Sequence record: SRR31156797_9699
DNA length: 43,863 nucleotides
Strand: one strand, 5' to 3'
Shown in pieces: positions 1 to 8,409 of the stretch. A program made the translations under genes and the position numbers. The notes under the pieces are model-generated. The model had not been told where the DNA came from. It was given only the letters and a program-made list of their open reading frames with translations, and made no database searches. Each line of letters begins with the position of its first letter. Positions within the stretch are counted from its first letter, which is position 1.

Positions 1-73
1 GTCCGCGTAAAAAACATAGAAAAGACATTGGATAACAGTCAACAGCAGACCCCCAGGAACGATTAATGCTTTG

Positions 74-874
74 CTAATACATGCCGTTGGGATGTTGAAA
101 CTCATGGGGAGCTGGAACCGGGGTATGGATATCCCAGTGCTCAACGACCTTGCCATCCCACACTCTTAGGATATGGCACACAACGATTTCCTTATTCCCA
201 GGGTACATATAGGAATTAAAGGCCATGACGAGATCGCCATCCGCAATCATATGGACGACCTTTCCTTTCGGTGGCTCCGGAGAATCATAATGTTTTTGAT
301 AGGCTTCAAACAAATTCTTCGTTCCTTCAGGGACATGGGGGCTGTGTTCTATGTAGGTCGCGTCCGACATAATGCGGTCGAATCCTCTTATGTCCCCATT
401 AAAGGCGTTTGTGAATGACGCTTTGACCAATTCCCTGTTCATGGTTTCCTGTTCCGGGGCCAAGTCGGTCCGGGGCATTAGGACATCTCCAAACATATCA
501 TATCCACTGGCAGTTGGGGCCACCGGTTCAACAGCATACCAGTGTTCAAAGAACTTATCCTCTTTCATTGAAAAAAAATCGATGACGGCCAATTCCAGAC
601 CGTTCCACGGATGATCGGGTATAGCCGGACCGGGACCCTTAAAATGAACCGCAATTAGCTCACCATCATCCATAACATGTTTAATTTCCGTGGGGAATGT
701 TCCACCCTGGATATCAAGGAAAAGATTTATTCCTTCCGGTCCATCCGGTAAAAAAGAGATGTGTTGAATGTAATCCTTATGAACATAATCGAACAACACC
801 TCTTTTCTTCCTTCTTTGAAGTATTCATCCCACCATCTCAAAAGCATCTTCTTTCTTTTCTCTGTAGTCAACAT
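74..874 (-). CDS. Tandem SnoaL/NTF2-like domain protein (ester cyclase family)
   Basis: Two repeats of the YIQH/YIEH...EHW(D) pattern. Start moved from 928 to the ATG at 874, which follows a purine-rich SD (GAAGGAGAGGAA). Confidence 0.8.
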   Translation of the reverse strand: MLTTEKRKKMLLRWWDEYFKEGRKEVLFDYVHKDYIQHISFLPDGPEGINLFLDIQGGTFPTEIKHVMDDGELIAVHFKGPGPAIPDHPWNGLELAVIDFFSMKEDKFFEHWYAVEPVAPTASGYDMFGDVLMPRTDLAPEQETMNRELVKASFTNAFNGDIRGFDRIMSDATYIEHSPHVPEGTKNLFEAYQKHYDSPEPPKGKVVHMIADGDLVMAFNSYMYPGNKEIVVCHILRVWDGKVVEHWDIHTPVPAPHEFQHPNGMY

Positions 875-924
875 TTCCTCTCCTTCCTTTTCCTCAATGG
901 CGGACGGCCCCAGAAGCACCCCTT

Positions 925-1029
925 TCACTTTGGTAATAATGAACGGATATCCTCTGGCTTGATGCCCGCATCATAAAGGGACCGATGAAACCGTGAATTT
1001 TCGTAGGCCCATTTGAATATGCGCCGGAA
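925..1029 (-). pseudogene. Remnant of the N-terminal region of a phenylacetate-CoA ligase (PaaK-like) gene
   Basis: Hand translation FRRIFKWAYENSRFHRSLYDAGIKPEDIRSLLPK*. This resembles the PaaK-family pattern AY.NS.F.R.LY..AGI.PEDI. No start codon, although a perfect SD (AGGAGGT, 1032-1038) lies just upstream. Confidence 0.65.
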
Positions 1030-1064
1030 TTACCTCCTGAAAGCATCATTGGTTCCGGCATTGC

Positions 1065-1104
1065 AAAAAAAAAGCCTCTTCACCCGAATATAGGCGAAAG
1101 AGGC
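1065..1104 (-). terminator. Intrinsic terminator within the 5' leader (attenuator)
   Basis: Minus strand GCCTCTTTCGCC-TATATTC-GGGTGAAGAGGC followed by T9. Confidence 0.85.
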
Positions 1105-1136
1105 ATCGTTACCTCTGAAAATGCATCGTTACATTT
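1100..1136 (-). promoter_or_regulatory. ANTAR-protein-binding twin stem-loop RNA motif
   Basis: AAATGT-AACGAT-GCATTT and GAGGT-AACGAT-GCCTC: two hairpins with identical hexaloops (A1, G4). The second overlaps the 5' arm of the terminator. Confidence 0.85.
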
Positions 1137-1149
1137 CCAAATCTGCAGC

Positions 1150-1178
1150 AAAGTAACCTTCGAATTTTTCCAAGTCAA
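1150..1178 (-). promoter_or_regulatory. Sigma70-type promoter driving the ANTAR leader
   Basis: TTGACT-N17-TACTTT, which places the transcription start just upstream of hairpin 1. Confidence 0.65.
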
Positions 1179-1314
1179 GAAAAAAATCTCAGGTTTGACC
1201 CATGACTTGATACCATATAAAGGGCTTAAAAGTCACTTCCCCCCTTATTCATTTCCTCGCACACCTCATCTTGAGGGCATGAGTCGTCTTTCGGTTTGGG
1301 TTTAATACCGTTTG

Positions 1315-3195
1315 TTATCGCAATAGCTGAGGCAGAAATAGCGACACCGCGGGAAAGGCTATCAGGGTAATGAGCCGTGCAACGTCCGCCAGCAAAAAAG
1401 GAAAGATCCCTCGAAAAATGGTTGAGAGGGGCACATCTCCCGCAATCCCTTTCATGATATAGACGTTGATACCCACCGGCGGCGTGATCATTCCGATTTC
1501 GGAAATTACCACCACAATAATGCCAAACCAGATAAGGTCAAACCCAAGGCTTTCCACCACCGGTGCAAAAATGGGGACGGTGATAAAAACCAGAGGAAGT
1601 GTGCCCATCACACAACCCAGGCCGAAACAGATGGCCACAATGGCGGCGATGATCGCCACGGGCGGTACGGCAAGATTGGTGGCATAGTTGGCCAGTTCCA
1701 TTGGGAGCTGTGTGGAGGTGAGGAAGTACCCGTAGATGGCGGTGCCGATGACCACCAGAAACACCATGGATGTGGTGCGGCCGGTGGAGAGAAGGGCGTT
1801 GTACAGGTTCTTACTTTTAATCCGTCGACGAATGAGGCCAAAAACCAGTGCTCCGGTGGCACCGACGGCACCCGCCTCCGTAGGGGTAAAGAAACCCCCG
1901 TAGATACCCCCCATGATGAGGGCAAAGAGACACAATACCTCCCAGGTATCCCCCAGGGATTTTATCCGTTCTCCCATGGCAAAGCGGGGGCCCACAGGTC
2001 CCACTTCGGGGTTCACCCGTGTCCAGAGCATAATGGCAATCAAATAAAAGAGAAGGGACAAAAACCCCGGAATGATGCCGGCAAAGAAGAGTTCCGCAAT
2101 GGAAACTTCCGTGAGTATGCCGTAAATGATCAACACCACGCTGGGTGGAATGAGGATACCGATGGTGCCGCCTGCAGCGATGGACCCGGTGGCAAGGGTA
2201 TCGGCATATTTGTACCGTTTCATTTCAGGAAGGGAGACCGCGCCCATGGTGGCGGCGGTGGCAAGGGATGAACCGCTCACGGCGGAAAAAGCGCCACAGG
2301 CGAGCACCGTTGCCATGGAAAGCCCTCCCTTGAATTGGCCCACCCACTTGTAGGCCGCCTTATAGAGTTTCTCACTAAGTCCCGCCTGAAAGCATAGTTC
2401 CCCCATGAGAATGAAAAAGGGTATCACGCAAAGGGAATAGGATGCGGTCATGGAATAGGGAACGGTCCGCAAAAGCCCCAGGCCCGAGTCGGCGCCGAAC
2501 AAAAGCGCCATCCCGAAAAATCCCAAAAAACCGAGGGCAGCCCCGATCAGCATCCCCGAGAAAAGAAAGATGAGAAGTGCAATGACGCCGAAAACCTGGC
2601 CCATTTCCAGCTCCATCTCAATGCCTGTAAGCGGCAGGAGCACCAGCAGCACAACCAGGACGACAGCTGTGAAGGTTGCCATTCCATGGCCATTTTTAAA
2701 CGCTTGATGCGCATTTTTTAAAAACTCGGTCAGGGTGGTAATGGCAAACAGAAAGAAACCGATGGAAATAATCCACATCACCCAAAACAACGGAATCCGC
2801 AAATCAAAGGTGGCGGCGCCGTCATTTAAGCGGGTAATGGATTGGGCAAGACTTTGCCAGGTTAGGATCACGAAAAACAATCCCTGCACCAGGGAAGTAG
2901 CCGCAGAAAGGACCTCTTGTGCCCCTTTTGGCAGGCGAGCGGTAATAAAATCTACAGAAATATGATTCCCGGTGATCTGGGTATAGGCGATACCGCAGTA
3001 TACCAGTATCACGATCATCAGTTCTTCCAGTTCCACCGTCCCCACCAGCGGCTGGTGGAACAAGGCCCGGCTGATGACATGGGCCGTCACCAGGACCACC
3101 ATGAGCAGGGAAGTACAGGCGCCCGCCGCATTGAGAAACCGGGCCACCGGTTCGACGCGTTTTTCGAAACCTTCGACACGCTGTATAAAAGACAT
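1315..3195 (-). CDS. dctM: TRAP transporter fused small/large permease (DctQM)
   Basis: N-terminal DctQ-like region (HISVD) fused to DctM motifs (IPFFILMGE, SGSSLAT, GILIPPS, ITPPVG). Start at MSFIQ after GGGGAGG. Confidence 0.92.
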   Translation of the reverse strand: MSFIQRVEGFEKRVEPVARFLNAAGACTSLLMVVLVTAHVISRALFHQPLVGTVELEELMIVILVYCGIAYTQITGNHISVDFITARLPKGAQEVLSAATSLVQGLFFVILTWQSLAQSITRLNDGAATFDLRIPLFWVMWIISIGFFLFAITTLTEFLKNAHQAFKNGHGMATFTAVVLVVLLVLLPLTGIEMELEMGQVFGVIALLIFLFSGMLIGAALGFLGFFGMALLFGADSGLGLLRTVPYSMTASYSLCVIPFFILMGELCFQAGLSEKLYKAAYKWVGQFKGGLSMATVLACGAFSAVSGSSLATAATMGAVSLPEMKRYKYADTLATGSIAAGGTIGILIPPSVVLIIYGILTEVSIAELFFAGIIPGFLSLLFYLIAIMLWTRVNPEVGPVGPRFAMGERIKSLGDTWEVLCLFALIMGGIYGGFFTPTEAGAVGATGALVFGLIRRRIKSKNLYNALLSTGRTTSMVFLVVIGTAIYGYFLTSTQLPMELANYATNLAVPPVAIIAAIVAICFGLGCVMGTLPLVFITVPIFAPVVESLGFDLIWFGIIVVVISEIGMITPPVGINVYIMKGIAGDVPLSTIFRGIFPFLLADVARLITLIAFPAVSLFLPQLLR

Positions 3196-3229
3196 GGCTT
3201 CCTCCCCGCCCATTTTCATTTACGCACGG

Positions 3230-4258
3230 TTATTGGCTCTTTTCAGCCATGACTGCCATCGCTTTATCCAGCACTTTCTGAGGATCGGCATATCCTTTGG
3301 CCTTCGCGTCCTGAATCCATTTTTCGCGAACCGGCGCTACCTTTTCGGCCCACAGTTTTTGCTGTTCGGCGGACAAGATAAAGAATTTATCTCCTTTCTT
3401 GGCCATCCAGGCCACATCTCTTGCCTGTGCTGCATCAAATACCTCTCCCGATTTCTTGGCTGCCACAAGACCGCTGATGGCTTCAATGGCCTTTTTGTCC
3501 GGGGCTGAAATCTTGTCCCAGACGCTCTTGTTAACCGTCACAAAGAAAGAAACGGCCATCAGATTGGCATTGGTATGAAAATGGGTCAGATCCGCGATTT
3601 TTTGTGTGCGGAGCGGTGCATAGGGAAGAAAGCACCCTTCCACGACGCCTTTTTGCATGGCCAAAAAGACCTGCACCATGGGCATGGCTTCCGGAGAGGC
3701 GCCCAGAAGTCTCAGAAGCTGGGTCTGGGTTGCGCCACCGGCGCTGATCACCACGTTTTGAAGCTCTTTTAAATTCTGAACCTTCTTTTTGGTGAAATGC
3801 AGCTGAAACGCCGGATTCATATAGCTCCACAAGACCTTCACATCTTTCAACTCTTTCTGCATGTCAGGGGTTGATTGATACATTTCCCAGAGTGCCTCGC
3901 TGTTTTGAAGCGCTTTCTCACCCGCCACCATGGGCTGGTCCATGACCGAATTCAGGATCAGCTTGCTTCTGGTATATACGGGAAGCACAATGCCGATGTC
4001 CCCTACCCTTGAGGATATGGCATCCAGCGCATCTTTCGGTTTGAAAAGGGCGTTGGAGTAAAACATGGTGACCTTGACGCGGCCATCCGTCACCTTTTTG
4101 ACTTCTTTCGCCCAGGGTGCGAACACTTGTTTGCACAAGGGATGTTTGGGGCTGTACATGACGTTGAACCGCAGGTTCAGGGCACTGGCTGAACCGCTTA
4201 ACAGAACAATACTCAAGAATAATCCAATGGCGACCATCAATTGTTTTCTTTTCATCAT
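3230..4258 (-). CDS. dctP: TRAP transporter substrate-binding protein
   Basis: Signal peptide, DctP-like motifs (TDGRVKV, LGASP, QKGVVEG), adjacent to dctQM. Confidence 0.9.
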   Translation of the reverse strand: MMKRKQLMVAIGLFLSIVLLSGSASALNLRFNVMYSPKHPLCKQVFAPWAKEVKKVTDGRVKVTMFYSNALFKPKDALDAISSRVGDIGIVLPVYTRSKLILNSVMDQPMVAGEKALQNSEALWEMYQSTPDMQKELKDVKVLWSYMNPAFQLHFTKKKVQNLKELQNVVISAGGATQTQLLRLLGASPEAMPMVQVFLAMQKGVVEGCFLPYAPLRTQKIADLTHFHTNANLMAVSFFVTVNKSVWDKISAPDKKAIEAISGLVAAKKSGEVFDAAQARDVAWMAKKGDKFFILSAEQQKLWAEKVAPVREKWIQDAKAKGYADPQKVLDKAMAVMAEKSQ

Positions 4259-4319
4259 TTAATTCTCCCGTTGTTGAAGGTTTTTGTTTTAAAGCTCACA
4301 AACACAGCATTTATGCGGC

Positions 4320-5762
4320 TCATTCATCCTCGGGTTCATCCACTTCGGACACACACAACTGCGGACCCGGGTAAGGGAGAGTCCCCTCCACTTCAACCAA
4401 GCCCTCTTCAGGTTTCCATTCGGTTCCCGGAACCCGGAAACGGCTTCTGTCAAGTTTTGGAATCTCCTTTTCTTCAGGCCGATCCAGTTGAGGAACCCAG
4501 TCATAGGGAACCCGGTAGGCCCGGTAAACGAAATTGGCATTGTTGTTGATGCCGTAGTAAGGGCTAATGTATTCCCAGACGATTTCATAACCTTTCGTGA
4601 CCTCAAAGATACGCCCCAGGGAGCCTTCGGTGATCAATGTGTTGCCGTTGGGAAGCCGCTGGGCCGAACTGATGAGAGGCGAATAGAAATCGCTGTTGTT
4701 CATTTTGGGGAGAAAGCCTGCTTCCACATAGCTGTACTGCCAGACCACTTTAAGGGTAACCGGATCAAACTCGATGATGCGTGAATAATCTCTGATGGCG
4801 TCATTATGACCCGTGGGCGCTCCGGGGTTGGGTGAACCGTATCCGGCAAAACCGCCGTTGTCGAACACCAGGATGTTCCCCTCTCCCGGCAGTCCTCGGG
4901 GAATCATGTGGGCATGATGCTGACCGATAACCCACCCCATTTTCCGAAGTGCCGGATCCCGATCATAATCAGGGCCCACCTGCCATACAATTTTGCCGCT
5001 CTCCTTGTCGGTAATGGCGATGATGTTGGTTTGACGTCCGTCCCAGATGATGTTGTCCGGATGAAAACGCTTATCGCCTTCGTCAAACCATCGATTGGGC
5101 CCCAGGGTTGACACGCTGTTCATGTGCATCCAGTCACCGATTTGCCCTTCTCCCACCACCATGGTGGGATTGCGGGCCATGGCGTTCTTGGCCGCCTCAC
5201 TGAAATCCATTTCGTCAAAGTGTTCACTGCACACCCATTCCCAGATGATGTCTCCGTCCCAGTTCACCTCGTAGATCACATCATCCAGCAGCGGTTTGTC
5301 GCTGATCCGGGAATCGCTTACATCTTTATGTCCCAGAATAAGGGTATTGCCGCCTTCCACCATAGGTTCGAGCCCCGGCGCGTAATACCCCACGGGATTT
5401 CCTTCCCTCTGGTAATCATGATGCTGCCGGGCCATCCACATGCCTTCCTGTCCCGGATCTTCAATATATTCATACTGGTCAAACTTCCAGACCACGTTAC
5501 CGTCCCAATCCACCTGAACCACATCGGTGTAGTCCATAAAACCGTACTTGGGACTCCGCACACCGAGACTTGCCATCACCTGGCCGCCCGGCAGCAGCTT
5601 GGCGGGAAAACCGTGAAGCCCTTTCCAGAGATGAACCACATTTCCGTTCATATCCACCAGGGCTGGTCCCGTCTCACGGGCAATAAAGAGTGTGTAGCCA
5701 TTCCAGCATTTGCCCGGATTAAAAAGGGTTGCGCCGGTGGGGTAGATTGTCGGGGTACCCAT
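4320..5762 (-). CDS. Arylsulfate sulfotransferase (ASST family), no signal peptide
   Basis: Motifs RQHHD, WMHMNS, GQHHAH, LVFDNG, SSAQRLPNGNTLITEG, VYRAYR. Confidence 0.85.
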   Translation of the reverse strand: MGTPTIYPTGATLFNPGKCWNGYTLFIARETGPALVDMNGNVVHLWKGLHGFPAKLLPGGQVMASLGVRSPKYGFMDYTDVVQVDWDGNVVWKFDQYEYIEDPGQEGMWMARQHHDYQREGNPVGYYAPGLEPMVEGGNTLILGHKDVSDSRISDKPLLDDVIYEVNWDGDIIWEWVCSEHFDEMDFSEAAKNAMARNPTMVVGEGQIGDWMHMNSVSTLGPNRWFDEGDKRFHPDNIIWDGRQTNIIAITDKESGKIVWQVGPDYDRDPALRKMGWVIGQHHAHMIPRGLPGEGNILVFDNGGFAGYGSPNPGAPTGHNDAIRDYSRIIEFDPVTLKVVWQYSYVEAGFLPKMNNSDFYSPLISSAQRLPNGNTLITEGSLGRIFEVTKGYEIVWEYISPYYGINNNANFVYRAYRVPYDWVPQLDRPEEKEIPKLDRSRFRVPGTEWKPEEGLVEVEGTLPYPGPQLCVSEVDEPEDE

Positions 5763-5821
5763 TTCATATCTCCTCTTGCTTTAAGTTTTTATAAGGGTGC
5801 AGGTGTCAGAAAAGCCTGCAC

Positions 5822-6655
5822 TCATTTCGCAATCTCCGTCATGACCATATACCGCCTGCCTGCAGTTCGGTATTTGAATAGAGCACTGGAAGGCAGCGGT
5901 TCAATGGTTTTGAGCTTTTCATCCAGCGTGTTAGCGGGGTCAAAGGGCCTCAGTTCATAGGGATGTTTTTTCGAACCGGTGGCCTCCCCAATGGTTTTGG
6001 CGGTTTGGCCGATTTCTTCCGGCGTAATGAAGCGGATGGTGCCATCTTTTTCAACCAGCGGCGCCAGGGTAGTGTAGAACCGGTAATCCGGAAATTGTGC
6101 CACAAGGCTGATGGAAGCCTTTAATTCATCGGACGTTATCATTTTCCCCGTCAACGCTTCGTACAACCCGGCCGGCCCCTTTATATCCATAATGATCTGA
6201 TCACCCAATTTTTTTTCTTGGACGGCTTTCAGCACCAGGGAATTGTGGCCATCAGTGGTCAACAGGGTCTTCAGGCCGTTCTGCTTTAAATAAGCCATGA
6301 CCTGCAACAGTTCTTCCGTCCGGGATGGGTCACCGCCCGAGATGTTCAAACCGTCTATCCATTCCCCATGAAGCGCACTTCGGCCGATAAACCCGTCAAG
6401 CCCGTTGCCGGCAATCAGATGACCGATCACCACGCTCACTCCCTGGCGGATTACCCGGCCATCGGTAAAAACCGGAAATTCCACTCCGCCCTTGTCCCGG
6501 TAGATGTCCGCGCGATGGGCCCGGTAGAATTTTGCAAAGGCGTCTTTGCCATCGGCTTTGACGTCATATTCCTCGTAGTCCATGCCATTTTCCTTCATGA
6601 ACTTCTTGGTGATATTGCAGCGGGCGCAGCCCGTCGCGCTGTAGATCTGGGTCAT
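5822..6655 (-). CDS. Glutaredoxin/NrdH-like domain fused to a degenerate radical-SAM (NrdG-activase-like) barrel
   Basis: N-terminal YSATGCARC and VEFPV. C-terminal DGLNISGGDP...TTDG...IMDIKGP resembles activase motifs (GGEP, DTNG, MDxKxP), but there is no CxxxCxxC. Confidence 0.75.
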   Translation of the reverse strand: MTQIYSATGCARCNITKKFMKENGMDYEEYDVKADGKDAFAKFYRAHRADIYRDKGGVEFPVFTDGRVIRQGVSVVIGHLIAGNGLDGFIGRSALHGEWIDGLNISGGDPSRTEELLQVMAYLKQNGLKTLLTTDGHNSLVLKAVQEKKLGDQIIMDIKGPAGLYEALTGKMITSDELKASISLVAQFPDYRFYTTLAPLVEKDGTIRFITPEEIGQTAKTIGEATGSKKHPYELRPFDPANTLDEKLKTIEPLPSSALFKYRTAGRRYMVMTEIAK

Positions 6656-6700
6656 ATGCCTAACTCCTCATGTTTACTGGATTTTGCCAACAGCCAATGG

Positions 6701-8083
6701 CTAAATATGGATCGCATGCCCGCAAAGCGCATGGGCCGCCTCCATAAGCGCTTCGCAGAGCGTGGGGTGCGGATGCACCGTATCTGAAAGCTGCTCTGCA
6801 GTTGCCCCCAACGAAATCATTCCCGTGGCGCCCGCCACCAGCTCGGTGACGTGCCCCCCCACCAAATGCACACCCAGGATTTTCTTGCTTTCGGCTTCGG
6901 CCACAATTTTGGAAAACCCGCTGTTTTCGCCCATGGCCACGGCCTTGCCGTTCCCGGCAAAGGGGCTGACGGCGGTAATCACCTCATGACCCAGTTCACG
7001 GGCCCGGGCCTCGGTCAATCCGACGGAGGCAACTTCGGGCTGAGCGTAGGTGCATCGGGGGATATTGACATAATCCAACGGGGTCGTAGGTCTGCCGGCA
7101 ATGGTTTCAGCGGCAATCATGCCCTGGGCAGAGGCCACGTGCGCCAGGCCCATCTTGCCGTTCACATCCCCGATGGCGTAAATGTGGGGCACATTGGTGC
7201 GCATGGATTCATCCACATCAATGGTGCCTTTTGAAAGGGTGACATCCGCTTTTTCAAAATCCAGTCCCTGACAATTGGGCACAAAACCGATGGCCACCAG
7301 CACTTTTTCTACGGTAATGACATCCTTCGTCTCACCCTTTTTCACCGTCACCACAACGCCCTGGTTTTCGATTTGGATGCCTTCCACAAGTGTTTCGGTC
7401 TTGATATCAATGCCGTTTCGTTTAAACTGCTTTTCCGCCTCGATGCTGATCTCCTCATCCTCAAAAGGGAGCGCATGGGACATCAGTTCCACCACTGTCA
7501 CGCGGCATCCATAACGGTTCCAAATGGTTGCGAACTCCATTCCGATGGGTCCGGCCCCCACCACAAGCACTGATTCGGGCACCTCGGTCCATTGGAGTGC
7601 ATCGCGGAAATTGATGATCTTTTCACCGTCAAAGGGAGAATGGGGGAGCTCGCGACTGGTGGTGCCTGTGGCAATGATGATGTGCTTTCCTTGAATATGG
7701 GTGCCGGAGGGCGCCACCGTGACGGTATTCGGACCGCTGAAGCGTGCCGTTCCCTCATAAACCGTGACACCGCTGTTTTTCATGAGCAGCTTGATACGGC
7801 GGTTCTGGCGCGTTACCACCTGACGGCTTCGCTTGTGGGCCTGGGCAAAATCCACCGACAGATTGTCAAAGGAAAACCCAAAGGCACGGCCCTGGCTCAA
7901 TGAATGGATCACGTCTGCGTTTCGAAGCAGCGATTTGGTCGGGATACAGCCCCAGTTAAGGCACGTCCCCCCAAGCGCTTCCTTTTCCACCAAAGCCGTT
8001 TTCATCCCCAGTTGGGCGGTACGGGCAGCCGCCACATAACCCCCTGGACCACCACCGATGACAATCACATCGTAAATATCCAT
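6701..8083 (-). CDS. lpdA: Dihydrolipoamide dehydrogenase-family flavoprotein
   Basis: GGGPGGY FAD motif, GGTCLNWGCIPTK redox disulfide, C-terminal HPTLCE dyad. Start at MDIYD after GGGAGG. Confidence 0.9.
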   Translation of the reverse strand: MDIYDVIVIGGGPGGYVAAARTAQLGMKTALVEKEALGGTCLNWGCIPTKSLLRNADVIHSLSQGRAFGFSFDNLSVDFAQAHKRSRQVVTRQNRRIKLLMKNSGVTVYEGTARFSGPNTVTVAPSGTHIQGKHIIIATGTTSRELPHSPFDGEKIINFRDALQWTEVPESVLVVGAGPIGMEFATIWNRYGCRVTVVELMSHALPFEDEEISIEAEKQFKRNGIDIKTETLVEGIQIENQGVVVTVKKGETKDVITVEKVLVAIGFVPNCQGLDFEKADVTLSKGTIDVDESMRTNVPHIYAIGDVNGKMGLAHVASAQGMIAAETIAGRPTTPLDYVNIPRCTYAQPEVASVGLTEARARELGHEVITAVSPFAGNGKAVAMGENSGFSKIVAEAESKKILGVHLVGGHVTELVAGATGMISLGATAEQLSDTVHPHPTLCEALMEAAHALCGHAIHI

Positions 8084-8134
8084 GAGTTGAAACCCCTCCC
8101 CTTTACACATGAAACCATGCTCAAGCGTTTGAAT

Positions 8135-8334
8135 TATATATAATACATAATATGATTTTTAAAGGTCAAGAAGTTTTTTACCTAATTTTCATATCGGTTT
8201 TAAACTTGCTCAAACCGGTAAAATATTCGTTTTTCTCCATATAAATAGATACCTATCAATATTAAAATTCTCATAAATGGCATAGGTTGCCCTTGACACC
8301 CCAGTTCAAGGAGGCTATATATAATATATACTAT
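8135..8334. promoter_or_regulatory. Divergent promoter region with two near-identical AT-rich boxes (candidate FadR operators)
   Basis: TATATATAATACATAATAT (8135-8153) and TATATATAATATATACTAT (8316-8334). Each overlaps a -10-like element downstream of TTGACC (minus, 8164-8169) or TTGACA (plus, 8293-8298). Confidence 0.55.
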
Positions 8335-8409
8335 ATTTTTACAGCCTCGTAATTTAATGATAGATGAAATGAATATATACATTCCAGCCCTCTTAAGGAC
8401 AACAACACC

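Noticed and set aside
875-928. N-terminal extension of the SnoaL ORF from GTG 928
   Set aside because: The extension translates the SD region of the ATG at 874 and overlaps the end of the PaaK-like scar in a different frame.
5795-5823. Hairpin between the redoxin fusion and ASST genes
   Set aside because: 7-bp core stem without a U-tract; probably an ordinary intercistronic stability element. Readthrough of the preceding TGA would add only a short motif-less tail.
5124-5960. 278-aa plus-strand ORF, and similar long antisense ORFs (10219-10935, 17726-18337, 26047-26682)
   Set aside because: Shadow frames of well-supported genes with no recognisable motifs.
8200-8382. 60-aa minus-strand ORF
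   Set aside because: Lies across the AT-rich divergent promoter region and does not look like a protein.
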